Origin: Dendrobates tinctorius
Lineage: Eukaryota
NCBI RefSeq assembly: GCF_039654945.1
Contig: NW_027361728.1
Location: forward strand, 48,484,001-48,548,000
DNA: 64,000 nt
Direction: 5' to 3'
In this document: positions 13,461 to 25,700 of the stretch, one piece after another
How positions within the stretch are numbered: the stretch's first letter is position 1
Layout of the letters: every line of letters begins with the position of its first letter
The notes under the pieces: generated by a model
What the model was told of the DNA's origin: nothing
What the model saw: only the letters and a program-made list of their open reading frames with translations
Databases searched by the model: none
Position numbers and translations under genes: made by a program

Positions 13461-16074
13461 AACATAGAGTAACATACTTACCAATACTTGTCACATTGTT
13501 CCCCGAAGCCATTGTCTATTCCGGGATAAATATTAACATAACAAACCACAAAAATACTCACCCACGATCCGAAGCAGTCCACGAGTGTGTCCCACGACGA
13601 TCTTGGGTAGAGAACTGCAGCATCAGATGATGCTGCCGTTCTCTACGGGCTGTAGGAATCCAATGACGGAAGGTAGGTATCCTTCCGCACTGTATTCCTC
13701 CGCCACTTAAAAAAAAAAAGTCCCTAGTCTCACTTTATGCCATTGCTGTGTGGGAATTTCCCACACAGCAATGGCATAAAGTGAGACTAGGGACTTTTTT
13801 TTTTTTAAGTGGCGGAGGAATACAGTGCGGAAGGATACCTACCTTCCGTCATTGGATTCCTGCAGCCCGTAGAGAACGGCAGCATCATCTGATGCTGCAG
13901 TTCTCTACCCAAGATCGTCGTGGGACACACTCGTGGACTGCTTCGGATCGTGGGTGAGTATTTTTGTGGTTTGTTATGTTAATATTTATCCCGGAATAGA
14001 CAATGGCTTCGGGGAACAATGTGACAAGTATTGGTAAGTATGTTACTCTATGTTATATGTACTGTATGTCTATGTATGTATTGTATGAATGTATTGTATG
14101 TATGTAGTATATATGTGGTATGTATGTAGCATGTAGTATGTATGTGGTATGTATGTAGCATGCATGTAGTATGTATGTAGCATGCATGTAGTATGTATGT
14201 AGTATGTATGTAGTATGTATGTAGTATATATGTAGTATGTAGTATGAATGTAGTATATATGTAGTATGTATGTAGCATGTAGTATGTAGCATGCATGTAG
14301 TATATATGTAGTATGTATGTAGTATGTATGTAGCATGCATGTAGTATATATGTAGTATGTAGCATGTAGTATGTATGTAGCATGCATGTAGTATGTAGCA
14401 TGTAGTATGTATGTAGCATGCATGTAGTATATATGTAGTATGTATGTAGTATGTATGTAGCATGCATGTAGTATGTATGTAGCATGTAGTATGTAGCATG
14501 CATGTAGTATATATGTAGTATGTAGCATGTAGTATGTATGTAGCATGCATGTAGTATATATGTGTTATGTATGTAGCATGTAGCATGCATGTAGTATGTA
14601 TGTAGTATATATGTGGTATGTATGTAGCATGCAGTATGTATGTAGCATGCATGTAGTATATATGTAGTATGTATGTAGCATGTAGTATGTAGCATGCATG
14701 TAGTATATATGTAGTATGTAGCATGTAGTATGTATGTAGCATGCATGTAGTATATGTGTTATGTATGTAGCATGTAGCATGCATGTAGTATGTATGTAGT
14801 ATATATGTGGTATGTATGTAGCATGCAGTATGTATGTAGCATGCATGTAGTATATATGTAGTATGTATGTTGCATGTAGTATTTATGTAGTATGAATGTA
14901 GCATGTATGTAGTATGTAGTATGAATGTAGCATGTATGTAGTATGCATGTTGTATGTATGTAGCATGTAATTTTTTTTTTTTTTTTACATTTAACACATT
15001 AGCCGGATGATGGGACTACTACTGTCCCATCATTGGCTAATGTGTCAATCACTGTCATGGTAGCAGGCATCGCCCGATGGGACTTGTAGTCCCATCGGAC
15101 GATGCCTGCACAGACCCCCGGAGCCTGCACAGACCACCGGCAGGCCGGCACAGCCCCCCGGCAGGCCGGCACAGCCCCCCGGAGCCTGCACAGCCCCCCG
15201 GCAGGCCGGCACAGCCCCCCGGCAGGCCGGCACAGCCCCCCGGAGCCTGCACAGCCCCCCGGCAGGCCGGCACAGCCCCCCGGCAGGCCGGCACAGCCCC
15301 CCGGAGCCTGCACAGACCACCGGCAGGCCGGCACAGACCACCGGAGCCTGCACAGACCCCCTGGCAGGCCGGCACAGCCCCCCGAAAGGCCCGTACAGAC
15401 CCCAGAGAGGCTGTACAAGGGCAGGAAAGGGTTTTTCTTATTCCGATACCGGAAGTCCCATAGACTTGAATGGGACTTCCGGTATCGGAATCGGCGATAC
15501 CGATACTTTTTTTAAAGATCGGCCGATACCATCCGATACGATACTTTGAAGTATCGGACGGTATCGCTCAACTCTACTCATAATACAGGTGGTGCTCAGG
15601 TATAGAACAATTTTGCCTCGCTTCAGAGTCTGACAGCACACAGTGCAAACCACCTATGACTTGTCAGCAGCACATTCCCTGAAGAAATGCCATGCCTTGG
15701 AGGATCTTTTGAGCTGTCTTTAGTGTGCTGATTTTAGCATTGTGGTGGGCAGTAGCAGCTGATGTACTGGCTAGACGCCACTTGCTGTGCCTTTGCACCC
15801 TGCTCCCTCTTTTGCTATGGCAGTATGGCTACCTCTTCTTTCTCAGATCGGCACACATCACTAGTATGGCCACCGCTCCATGTAGGGTCTTGAGCTTCAT
15901 CATCCTCTGCATCATCTTCTACCAACTCCTTTATCCCAGCCCTGCACAATGCATAAAGAAACAACAGCTGATAACTGAATTTCGGCATCCTCTTACCTTT
16001 CCTGCTATGGTCCACTGACCGTGTGTACTAGCCCTCCCATGTACTCATCCTTTAACATAGCAAGTTTTTGGACA

Positions 16075-16445
16075 TAAGCGGCACGCTGCACTAAGAAACC
16101 CGATGTGTACCTTGGTTACGAGCTCCCTGCACCAGCGCGCTGGTAACTAAGGTACACATCGGGTTTCTAAGCGCTGCGCGCCGCTTAGAAACCCGATGTG
16201 TACCTTAGTTACCAGCGCCAGCTCGCTGATCGCTGGTCTCCCGCCTGTCACACGCAGCGATGCGTGCTGGTCAGCGGGAGACCAGTGATCAAAAAAATGT
16301 CCTGGCCATTCCAGGACGATCAGCGATACCCGGCAAGGGGGCCGATCGGTGGGAAGTGTCTAACACTGTGATCTCGCTGGTGAGATCGCTGTTGCGTCAC
16401 AAAACTTGCGACTCAGCAGCGATCTCGCTGTGTGTGACGGGGGCT
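16075..16445. mobile_element. MITE fragment (ends ...TGTGTGACGGGGGC); related partial copy at 16741-16930
   Basis: Internal palindromes (GTACCTTGGTTAC..GTAACTAAGGTAC); terminus resembles TTAAAGCCCCCGTTACAC at 16741 and the MITE at 55114. Confidence 0.6.
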
Positions 16446-16959
16446 TGGATAAAGCTCTCAGTGTGAAAAACAAGATAATCTTGTAGTTATAATACCTTTT
16501 AATGGCTAACAAATATAAAATAAATGATGTTACTCAGCAAGCTTTTGGAACTTCTTAGATCCCTTCCTAGGGATGGTATAACAAAGTTTCTGAAGAAACA
16601 CAAATATATGCACCATCAAACAGCAAAAAAAATAAAGAGGGGCATGGTATAATAAATGAACATTTGAATAAACAAACTGAGCTCACAGACTGAATCCATA
16701 ATTGGATTAGATTAATGTCCTGGGAATCTTATGGTCCTGCTTAAAGCCCCCGTTACACATAGCGAAATCGCTAGCAATATCGCTGTAACGTCACCGATTT
16801 TGTGACGTAGCAGCGATATTGCTAACCATATCGCTATGTCTGATACTTACCTCTGACCAGCTCCCCCGCTGCTCATCGCTGGTAGCGCGAGAACGTCCTG
16901 GATCATTTCTCGTGTCCTAAGTCCTGCTTTAGACTAAATAACAGCATGCAATGTCAATA

Positions 16960-17950
16960 AATAGCTTCAAAGACCAGCAGCATATTGCAATATATATGAA
17001 GCCTTTGAGACTGCATCTAGAATATACAGCTCAGTTCTGTGCACCAGTTCATAGAAAGGGTGCCCTGGAGTTGGTAAAGATACAAAGAAGAGCCACAAAA
17101 CTGATAAGAGGCATGCAGGATCTTGGTTACAAGGAAAGATTAAAAGAATTACATTTATTTACCATCGCAAAATTTTGTTTAAAGGGTGACATGATTGAGT
17201 TGTACAAGTGCATAAATGGCTCATACAGAAAGTATGGTCCACATCAGTTTATGTAAAACCACCTCGAAAGAAACAGCAGCATATCTTCTACCTAGATAAG
17301 GAAAGGTTCAGGTAGACCTGTAGAGTTGATCCAGAGGAAGGCAAAAACTCTGAGGCAGATGCTTATTATCCCATGTTAGTTAAAAAAATCCCTTCCTGAC
17401 TAGCTCAGACAAATTCCTTGGAACAATAGCTTGTCTCCAAATTTTAGTACTCATAAGCTGTATTATTATGTTGTTCAGAAAAGGCATCCTTCTTGAAAAG
17501 CTCTATTTGAACTTGATTAGTGAATTGACCATTATGACGTGTTGTGGCAAAGAATTACATAGTCTCACTACTCATACATTAAAGATTCACAGTATGTGAT
17601 GATCAATAATCCTTTTCTAAAGTTGTAGAGGATGCCCCCCTGTCCCCATCGTAGGTCTAAATGTAAAAAGATCATCAGAATGATCTCTGCACTGTCTCCT
17701 CATATATTTGTATATTGTAATAAGATCACCCCTAAGCCTTCTTTTTTTCCAAACTGAATTCCACCAATTTTAATAACCTGTCTTGGTATTGCAATCCACG
17801 CATTCTCTTAATAACCTTGGTTGCTCTTCTCAGCACCTGCTCTAGTTCAACCATGCCCTTCTTATACATTGAAGACCAAAATGATATGCAGTATTTTATG
17901 TGGCCAGACTAGCGACATTAATAAAGAGAAAATGTTCTTGTCATGAGCAT
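16960..17950. mobile_element. CR1 LINE 3' fragments: + strand ~16960-17310, - strand ~17320-17950
   Basis: Translation LHLEYTAQFCAP..ELVKIQRRATKLIRGM..YKERLKELHLF..KGDMIELYK is the typical CR1 ORF2 C-terminus; a second copy lies on the opposite strand. Confidence 0.75.
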
Positions 17951-18931
17951 ATATATCTCATGCCCTGGCAGAAGCTGCTAAGTCAGGTAACTCAAGGTTT
18001 TATTCTTTTTATAGTAGAGAATACTGTAGCATTGTTAGTACTACAATTATTTGTTTCCACTGATTTTCATTATTCCTTGTTTAATCATCAAGAACCATAA
18101 AATCAGAAAGAAATAAATCATACTTTTTGGGAATTTCAGATAGTAGATTATGCAAAGCATTCCTAAGTAGTTTATTGTCATACCCATACAACACCTGTTG
18201 AAGATAATCAGAAATAATTTACTTTTCATTTTAATCTCCTCCAGCTGTCCTTTCAAGCTATAAATCAAAAATCTTGGAAAAAATCCCATTTAGTTTTTGG
18301 TATGCAATGATTTGGATAAGCATTGAGTGTTCCAGCATCATAAATAGATTTAAGACACAGTGTTTAACTTGTGAGTATCCAATTGAAGGAAATTGCACCA
18401 AAGATTAAATTAATCATATTTATAGATTTTTTTTATTATCTTTTTGTAAAATTCTTACTAAATTTTCTTTATAAATTCTTCAGGGAACACTCAATATGCA
18501 CCAGTGTCGCATTATTTGAATCAATTAATTATCCAATCATAAACTGTAAAAGCATTTAATTTCAAAGAGAATAGTGTAGTCTTGGCTTCTTTTCAGGTGA
18601 AAGATTAAATGGTGTATTAGCCAGAAGAACCCTAAATAAATTTGTAGTTTATCGTGTTGTAATTTTGTTAGTGGCATAGCTAGTATTTTCTTGAAACCAA
18701 CTGTCCCCATGACATTTATATTATATGGGTCTCATGGGGGGAAGTAAAAAAATGTAAAAATGTTAGCCACAATTGAATGCCTTACAAGAGAGTTGCTTCC
18801 AGCATAGTGAACTTTGAGGGTCTATACATTTGAGTGTATATTACACACCATCTGCAACTTCCACAGAAGTGATATCAGGTGTTACATAGAGAGTTAGCAA
18901 CCAAACCCATGATTGTCTTTAAAGATGGCAT

Positions 18932-19605
18932 TGTCACAGGGTTACCACAGTGGAGCAGAGACAGAAGACTGCAGGATCTGGTTGCTCCTACTCTGCCACT
19001 GAGAAGAAGCACTTCTCCGGTTCATTAAGTGTGTTTATTTCTTGCAGCCGAACAGAGGTAAATCGGCCATGTTGGAAATTCCTGTGTTCAGCTGTGCTCG
19101 GTTAGCCACTCCTTTCCCATATAAAATCTGGGCTCTATTACCTAGTTCTTGTCAGAGTTAGCACTTGTTTCATGACAATAGGAGGGAGAGAAGCTGATAA
19201 GGAGAGCTGGAGGAGTTATAAGCAACTGTTATTTGGTTTGTATGCTTGATAATCCCTTTTCCTTGTTAATCCCAGTTTTGCTTTCTTCCCCTTCCTACAC
19301 ACCCTGGTGGATCATCTGTTATATGTTAGTGAATATTTTGCGGGTGTGAAGCTTTCAGTTTACCCATGTCTCTGTTTCCTTGTCTGTCGGGTGGGTGTAC
19401 TGCAGTGCACAGTAGTGCCCCAACTTCCGTAGGTGGGGGAAGGGGACAGACAAAGGGATAACTTAGGAGATAAGGCAAGGGCAGAGGCCCTGGCGTCTTC
19501 ACCATCTGAAGTATCCCTGGGAACAGAGCGAGCTAGGGCGCCCCCTAGTGTTAGAGCCAGGAAAGGAGCCCCTGATCCAGGGCACTTGACACTTGTGTTG
19601 TGACA
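18932..19605 (+). mobile_element. Solo LTR
   Basis: Termini TGTCACA...TGTGACA; flanks GGCAT/AGCAT (4 of 5 TSD match); TATA-like ATATAAAA at ~19119; a related fragment lies on the - strand at ~62060-62390. Confidence 0.8.
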
Positions 19606-19849
19606 AGCATTGTACAAGTAGAATCCCCTCTATAATTTATATATTAATAAATCATGCTTCAGATAACCACTTCTTAAAATAATTCTCTTGGTCACTGAAA
19701 ATCACATCTACAAATATTTCATAGCTTTGTCAATTACAGATGCAGCATTGTAAATTAATACAAAACATGTTGCAATACCATAATACAGAAAAAACATTTT
19801 GATGTAGAAACTGTAGCTTGCAACTTAAAACACCACAAGTCATTGAAAC

Positions 19850-19938
19850 CACTTGCATATGTTATCCTTTGTGGGATTTGAACATTGGATCTCAACGTTG
19901 CAAGGCTGCACTGCTAACCATTAAGCGCTGTGCTGCCC
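19850..19938 (-). mobile_element. tRNA-derived SINE head fragment (V-SINE family)
   Basis: Reverse complement GGGCAGCACAGCGCTTAATGGTTAGCAGTGCAGCCTTGCAAC..GTTCAAATCCCAC matches the head of the SINE at 49225. Confidence 0.6.
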
Positions 19939-20142
19939 CCAAAAATGAAAATTAGTTCTCCTCTAGACGCAAGAAACTGTCTTGTATTATGTGTGCCTGC
20001 TTCTAGACAGCCATTTTGAGTTTCTGCCCACTATTATTACAGATTAGACTTGCAGGTGACTGGATGAGATGACAAAGGCTTCTGTTCTGTATATAAAGGC
20101 GATAGAACTTAGTCATTTGTTATGTAACAGAGTTGACTTTAA

Positions 20143-20629
20143 AAGGGATATTTCAGCAAGATTTCACATCCGACCTATTTGTGTTCAAGTAGCGCTTTAA
20201 AAGACAAGTCCAGGAATATGTTTACTTGGCCGATCTGTTCCTCCATTACTGAAAAATCAGCACTTGAATTGATATGCAAATGATGCTGAAGAAGTATTTG
20301 TAGATCTGAAGTCTCTGTCACTTCAGCTCTGCTCCCCACCCAGCACAACTGCTTCTTGCTTGACTGACAGCTTCTATACAGTGTAACTTCAGGCAAATGA
20401 GTTGTCAGTCAAGCAGGAGGCGGCATTAGCAGAGGAATAGAGCTGGAGTGACAGAGGCTTCAGATCTGCAATAGCCTTTTAACCTTTATTTCCATGTCAG
20501 TTCAAATGGTGATTTCTCAGTAGCGGAGCAATGGACTTGCTTTGTAAATGTATTGCTGAACTTGTCTTTGAAAGAGTTATAAGCTCATATAAGTACTTTG
20601 GGGGGTAAAATCCTGCTGTCAGATTCCCT
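20143..20629. mobile_element. TTAA-flanked palindromic MITE (T2/Kolobok-like)
   Basis: TTAA at 20139-20142 and 20630-20633; AGGGA...TCCCT termini; imperfect internal inverted symmetry. Confidence 0.7.
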
Positions 20630-21430
20630 TTAAATACCAATAGCTATTAACCATTGCATATTATATTTATAGATTAGATGATAAAACATAGAATTTGAGT
20701 TTATTGATCTTGCAAAAATAAACATTTATTATCTTTATTTGTATGGTGTTTAAATGTACCTAGAAAAGAGAAATACGTATAATTTAGTTGGCTTACTTAA
20801 ACTGAACTCTGAGAAAGAAAGGTTTGATTTCTTTTAAAATCAACCTTGTCATCTGTGCTCTGTATTCAAATCAAAACTGATGTCAGAAAAATCCAGTCTG
20901 TACTCAACATTAATCATCTTCAGATAGTTTTATGATAGTTTCAATAGACAGTATGTGTGCACAGACTCTCTGAATAACAATATATCGAAGGCTGCTCTCT
21001 TGTCACAAGCACCTAGCAGGAGTAGGGTATATTTGATTATCCTGTCAATCCCCCAGATCTCATCTGTTCATGTATGAATGATATGTCAGGATGGAAGATA
21101 CAATGAGTTCATGCTGTGTTACCATTGTTCTCTTTAACATCCCAAGTGATTCTCTTCCATTCAAACATAGTATATGTTATCAGACAGCAATAATCCATCT
21201 TCTGGTTGTATTCACGCATTCAGAATCATATGATACTTGGACTCCCATAGCTACGTGACACACGTCAGCTAAAGAGAAATGTATCAGGAATATAAAGTCT
21301 GTTTTCTTTCCTTGTATTATTTTAATGAATGTTACCAAGGCTCTATGATTGCATAAGTAACATTTTAAACTAGAATTTATCAAGTCACAAGTTACTAAAA
21401 AAATCCAAAAATAGTAAATCTATAAAATAT

Positions 21431-22141
21431 TGTAGGGATTCAACTCGCTTAGGTGCGACGGGAGACAACCAGGAGGCACGTTCCTTTAAAAAGTTCACAG
21501 GGTTTATTGCTTCATAACCCATAAGGCAGCACATAACACAAGGAATAGCCTTTAGCTCAGGTGAAAGCAAACATAAATGTCCATGATTTCAGGCTCAGTC
21601 CTGGAGCCTCAGCAAAACACAGGAGGCTTATCCGTCCTCACATACAGCCAATATCCATAGGCCTCCCCGAGTCAGCAGCCTCAGCACGTGGTCTTTAGGA
21701 AGGTAGCACACCTTCTTCCACCTAGGCCTGCTGGGACCTTCCACATGGCTCAATCAGATCCATGTGCTCTCTCTCATGTGACCGGACCCAAGGTACCTTA
21801 TATGGTCCATAACCACACCCACAGGTGATCACATGGCTATGACCTCACTAAAGGTCCTATTACACACAGCCACACATATACTTTATTATGACACTCTTAA
21901 ACACACCCCTGGATGGGTTTGTAGGTAACCAGGCCGCCCATCTCTCTAGTTACCTGGAGACTTCTCCATTATACATTGAAGCAACACCTCAGCAATATCA
22001 TTGCTGAACAACACATAAGTCTCCATCCCAAAGCCACCCACTTTGGGATACATAATGGCCATTCCGTATTCTGCCATTCATCCTTTCTCCTTGGACATCC
22101 ACACAGTGCCCCCTAGCGGAATCAGTGGTTACTACACCATA
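21431..22141 (-). mobile_element. Solo LTR with 4-bp ATAT TSD
   Basis: TGTAGGG...ACTACACCATA (CACA in the 9971 copy); ATAT on both sides; TTTATT (poly(A) signal on the - strand) at ~21503. Confidence 0.8.
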
Positions 22142-22444
22142 ATATATAAAATAATAATTCCTTTTCTTTCAAATCTTATTTTCTAATCCAGCCAAATCTT
22201 ATTTTCTAATCCAGCTCCTTTCATAGGCATTGCTAGTTTTCCCTTCTGTATTATTCCAAAAGGAAAGCATTAAAAATTATATAATAAGTATGAAAAAAAA
22301 AAAAGAAAATTAGTTCCCAAACTAAACCGTTCCTCCGTGGTGCTTTTAGCTACAGAGGCAGGCTCCTTGATACAGCCATATTAAACAAATCTGTGCTGTC
22401 CATGTGCACTACTTGCCATACACAAAAAAAACATGCACCCACTA

Positions 22445-22744
22445 TATCCAAACAAGGGGAGTTTTTCCAGCGAGCGATGGAGGAACAGTAATAGACATTT
22501 TTGCAAAAAACATCTTAATATTTAAAGAATGAAAAACGTTACATGTTGTGACAACAACTTGATAAAGGCATCCACCGAAACACGTAGCTTTAAGGGGGGT
22601 GAGTGGTGAATTTTTTGTCACAACGTGTAACGTTTTTCGTTCATTAAATATTAAGAAATTTTGTGCAAAACATCTATTACTGTTCCTTCAATGCTCTCGG
22701 GAAAAACGCTCCTTGTTTGGATACAGCTGTGCTTAGTTTGGATA
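22445..22744. repeat. ~110-bp inverted repeat with a ~60-bp spacer containing a hammerhead-like core
   Basis: Arms TATCCAAACAAGG..GTTGTGACAA and TTGTCACAAC..CCTTGTTTGGATA; spacer CTTGATAAAGG..CCGAAACACGT. Confidence 0.75.
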
Positions 22745-22772
22745 CAACTACATCCGTGCTGGAGCACTTTAA

Positions 22773-25700
22773 CCCCTTCATGACCAAGCCTATTTTTACC
22801 TTAATTACCAGGCCATTTTTAGCAATTCAGACCAGTGTCCATTTGTGAGGTAATAACTCAGGAACGCTTCAGCGGATCCTAGTGATTCTGAAATTGTTTT
22901 TTTCATGACAAATTTGGCTTCATGTAAGTGGTAAATTTAGGTGGATAATTTCTACGCTTACTTGTGAAAAAATCAGAAATTTGGCAAAAAGTTAGAAAAT
23001 TTTGCAATTTTCAAATTTTGAATTTTTATTCTGTTAAACCAGAGAGCTATGTGACACAAAATAGCTAATAAATAACATTTCCCACAAGTCTACTTTACAT
23101 CAGAACAATTTAGGAAGCAACATTTTTTTTGTTTTGAAGTTCTAAGGGTTAACATTTGACCAGCCATTTCTCATTTATACAACAAAATTTACAAAACCAT
23201 TTTTTTTAGGGACCATCTCACATTTGAAGTCACTTTGAGGGGTCTATATGGGAGAAAATACCCAAAAGTGACACCATTCTAAAAACTGCACCCCTCAAGC
23301 TACTCAAAACTACATTCAAGATAATTTTTTTACCCTTCAGGTGCTTCACAGGAACTAAAGCAACATGGAAGGAAAAAATGAACGTTTTAATTTTTTCAAC
23401 AAAAATTTTCTTTAAGCATCAATTTTTTCATTTTCACATGAGCAACAGGATAAAATGGATCCTAAAATTTGTTGGGCAATTTCTCCTGAGTACACCGATA
23501 TCTCATATGTGGTCATAAACCACTGTTTGTGCGCACGGCAGAGCTCAGAAGGGAAGGAGCGCCATTTGACTTTTTGAATGAAAAATATGCTGGAATATTT
23601 AGTGGTTACCATGTCGCGTTTGGAGAGTTACTGTGTGCCTAAACATTGGAGCTCCCCCGAAAGTGACCCCGTTTTGGAAACTAGACCCCCAAGGAACTTA
23701 TCTAGATGCATAGTGAGCACTTTGAACCCCAAGGTGCTTCACAAATTGTTCCTTAAAAAAAAGGATTTTTTTTTCACAAAAATTTTATTTTAGCCTCAGT
23801 TTTTTCATTTTCACATGGGCAACAGGATAAAATGGATCCTAAATTTTGTTAGGCAATTTCTCGTGAGTACACCAATACCTCATACTGTATGTAGTCATAA
23901 ACCACTGTTTGGGCACACGGTAGGACCCAGAAGGGAAGGAGCACCATTTGACTTTTTGAATGGAAAATTAGCTCCAATCATTAGCCGACACCATGTCGCG
24001 TTTAGAGAGCCCCTGTGTGCCTAAACATTGGAGCACCCCTACAAGTGACCCCATTTTGGAAACTAGACCCCCCTAAGGAACTTATCTAGATGTGTGGTGA
24101 GCACTCTGAACCTCCAAGTGCTTTTCAGAAGTTTATAAGGCAGAGCGGTGAAAATAAAAATAATTTTTTTCCTCAGAAAATTATTTTTCAGCCCGCAATT
24201 TTTTATTTTCACAAGGGTAACAGGAGAACTTGGACCCCAAAAGTTGTTGTACAGTTTGTCCTGTGTACACTGGTACCCCATATGTGGGGGAAATCACTGT
24301 TTGGGCACACATTGGGGCTTGGAAGAGAAGTAGTGAAGTTTTGAAATGCAGACTTTGATGGAATGGTCTGCCGGCATCATGTTACATTTGCTGAGGCCCT
24401 GATGTGCCTAAACAGTAGAAACCCCCCACAAGTGACCCAATTTTGGAAACTAGACCCCCCAGCGAATTTATCTAGATGTCTGGTGAGCACTTTGAACCCC
24501 CAAGTGCGTCACAGTAGTTTATAATTCAGAGCTGTGAAAAGAAAAAAAAATTTTTCCACAAAAATAATTTTTTAGCTTCCAATTTTTTATTTTCCCAAGG
24601 GTAACAGGAGAAATTAGACCCCCAAAGTTGTTTTGCAATTTTTCCTGAGTACGCTGATACCCCATATGTTGGGGTAAACCACTGTTTGGGAAAACGTCTG
24701 GGCTTGGAAGGGAGGGAGCACAGTTTGAATTTTTGAATGCAAAATTGGCTGGAATCAATGGTGTCGCCATGTCGCGTTTGGAGACCCTCTGATGTGCCTA
24801 AACAGTGGAAACCCCTCAATTCTAACTCCAACTCTAACCCCATCACACCTCTAACCCTAACCACAACCCTAATCCCAACACACCCCAAACCATAATCGCA
24901 ACCCTAACCATAACCCTAACACACCTCTAACCCTAATCCCAACCCTAGCCATAACCCTAGCCCCAACACACCCCTAACCCTAATCTTAACCCTAATCCCA
25001 ACATTAACCCTAATTCCAACCCTAACCCTAATTCTAACCCTAACCCTAATTCTAACCCTAACCCTAATTCTAACCCTAACCCTAACCTTAATTCTAACCT
25101 TAACCCTAATTGTAACCCTAACCCTAATAAAAAAATAAAAATATTTTATTTTATTATTTGTCCCTACCTATCGGGGTGATAAGGGGGGTTGCTTTAATAT
25201 TTTTTTTATTTTGATCACTGTGATAGGATCTATCACAGTGATCAAAATGAATGAAAGGAATCTACAGCTTGGCAAATTTGATGGGCGCACTGCGCATGCG
25301 CCTGCCATTTTGGAAGATGGTGGCGCCCATGATCCATGGCAGAGGGACACTGGGAGCGACAGTGGGACTCGTAGGATACTGGGGGGAAGGGGGGGTGATC
25401 GGAAGGCAGGGGGAGATGCTGATGGTGGCAGCAGATTGCTGCAGTCAGTCGGTGGGGACAGAATACTGTCTCCAGCCATGGCCAATAATATTTCAGCATA
25501 GGCCATGGCTGGATTGTAATATTTCATCAAATTTCATTGATGAAATATTATTATCGCTCTGATTGGCTGTTTCACTTTCCACAGCCAATCAGAGCGATTG
25601 TAGCCATGGGGGCAAAGCCACCCCCTGGGGTGAAGCACAAAGCCTCCTGTATCTGTGGGTTGGGTAACCTTTCAGTGACCCCAGTCACCCAACCCACAGG

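Larger units (their letters stand above)
12285..15576. mobile_element. Non-autonomous hAT element, internally palindromic
   Basis: TIRs TAGTGTTGAGC...GCTCAACTCTA; perfect 8-bp TSD CTCATAAT (12277-12284 and 15577-15584); inverted arms centred at ~13756. Confidence 0.95.
10600..16050 (-). pseudogene. Highly decayed second hAT transposase, split by the palindromic element at 12285-15576
   Basis: Fragments HIPCLANGLNFVVQ, CNAPTRWNFILHLLERQCEQQAI, PQSLERKRRY and BED-like VCTVCCQTLKRGK..LSTTCIM. Confidence 0.75.

Noticed and set aside
12789-14997. Long His/Thr/Tyr/Ile-rich ORFs (up to 314 aa) in several frames
   Set aside because: Translation of the stop-free TACA/TGCA microsatellite; open in all frames, so not evidence of a gene.
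12284-15515. Pro/Gly/Arg/Cys-rich ORFs (GGLCRPA, QPPGRPA repeats)
   Set aside because: Translations of the 21-bp GC minisatellite in both arms.
24821-25127. True telomere or chromosome-fusion scar
   Set aside because: Degenerate, single orientation, and located at the same internal position of two copies of a transposon.
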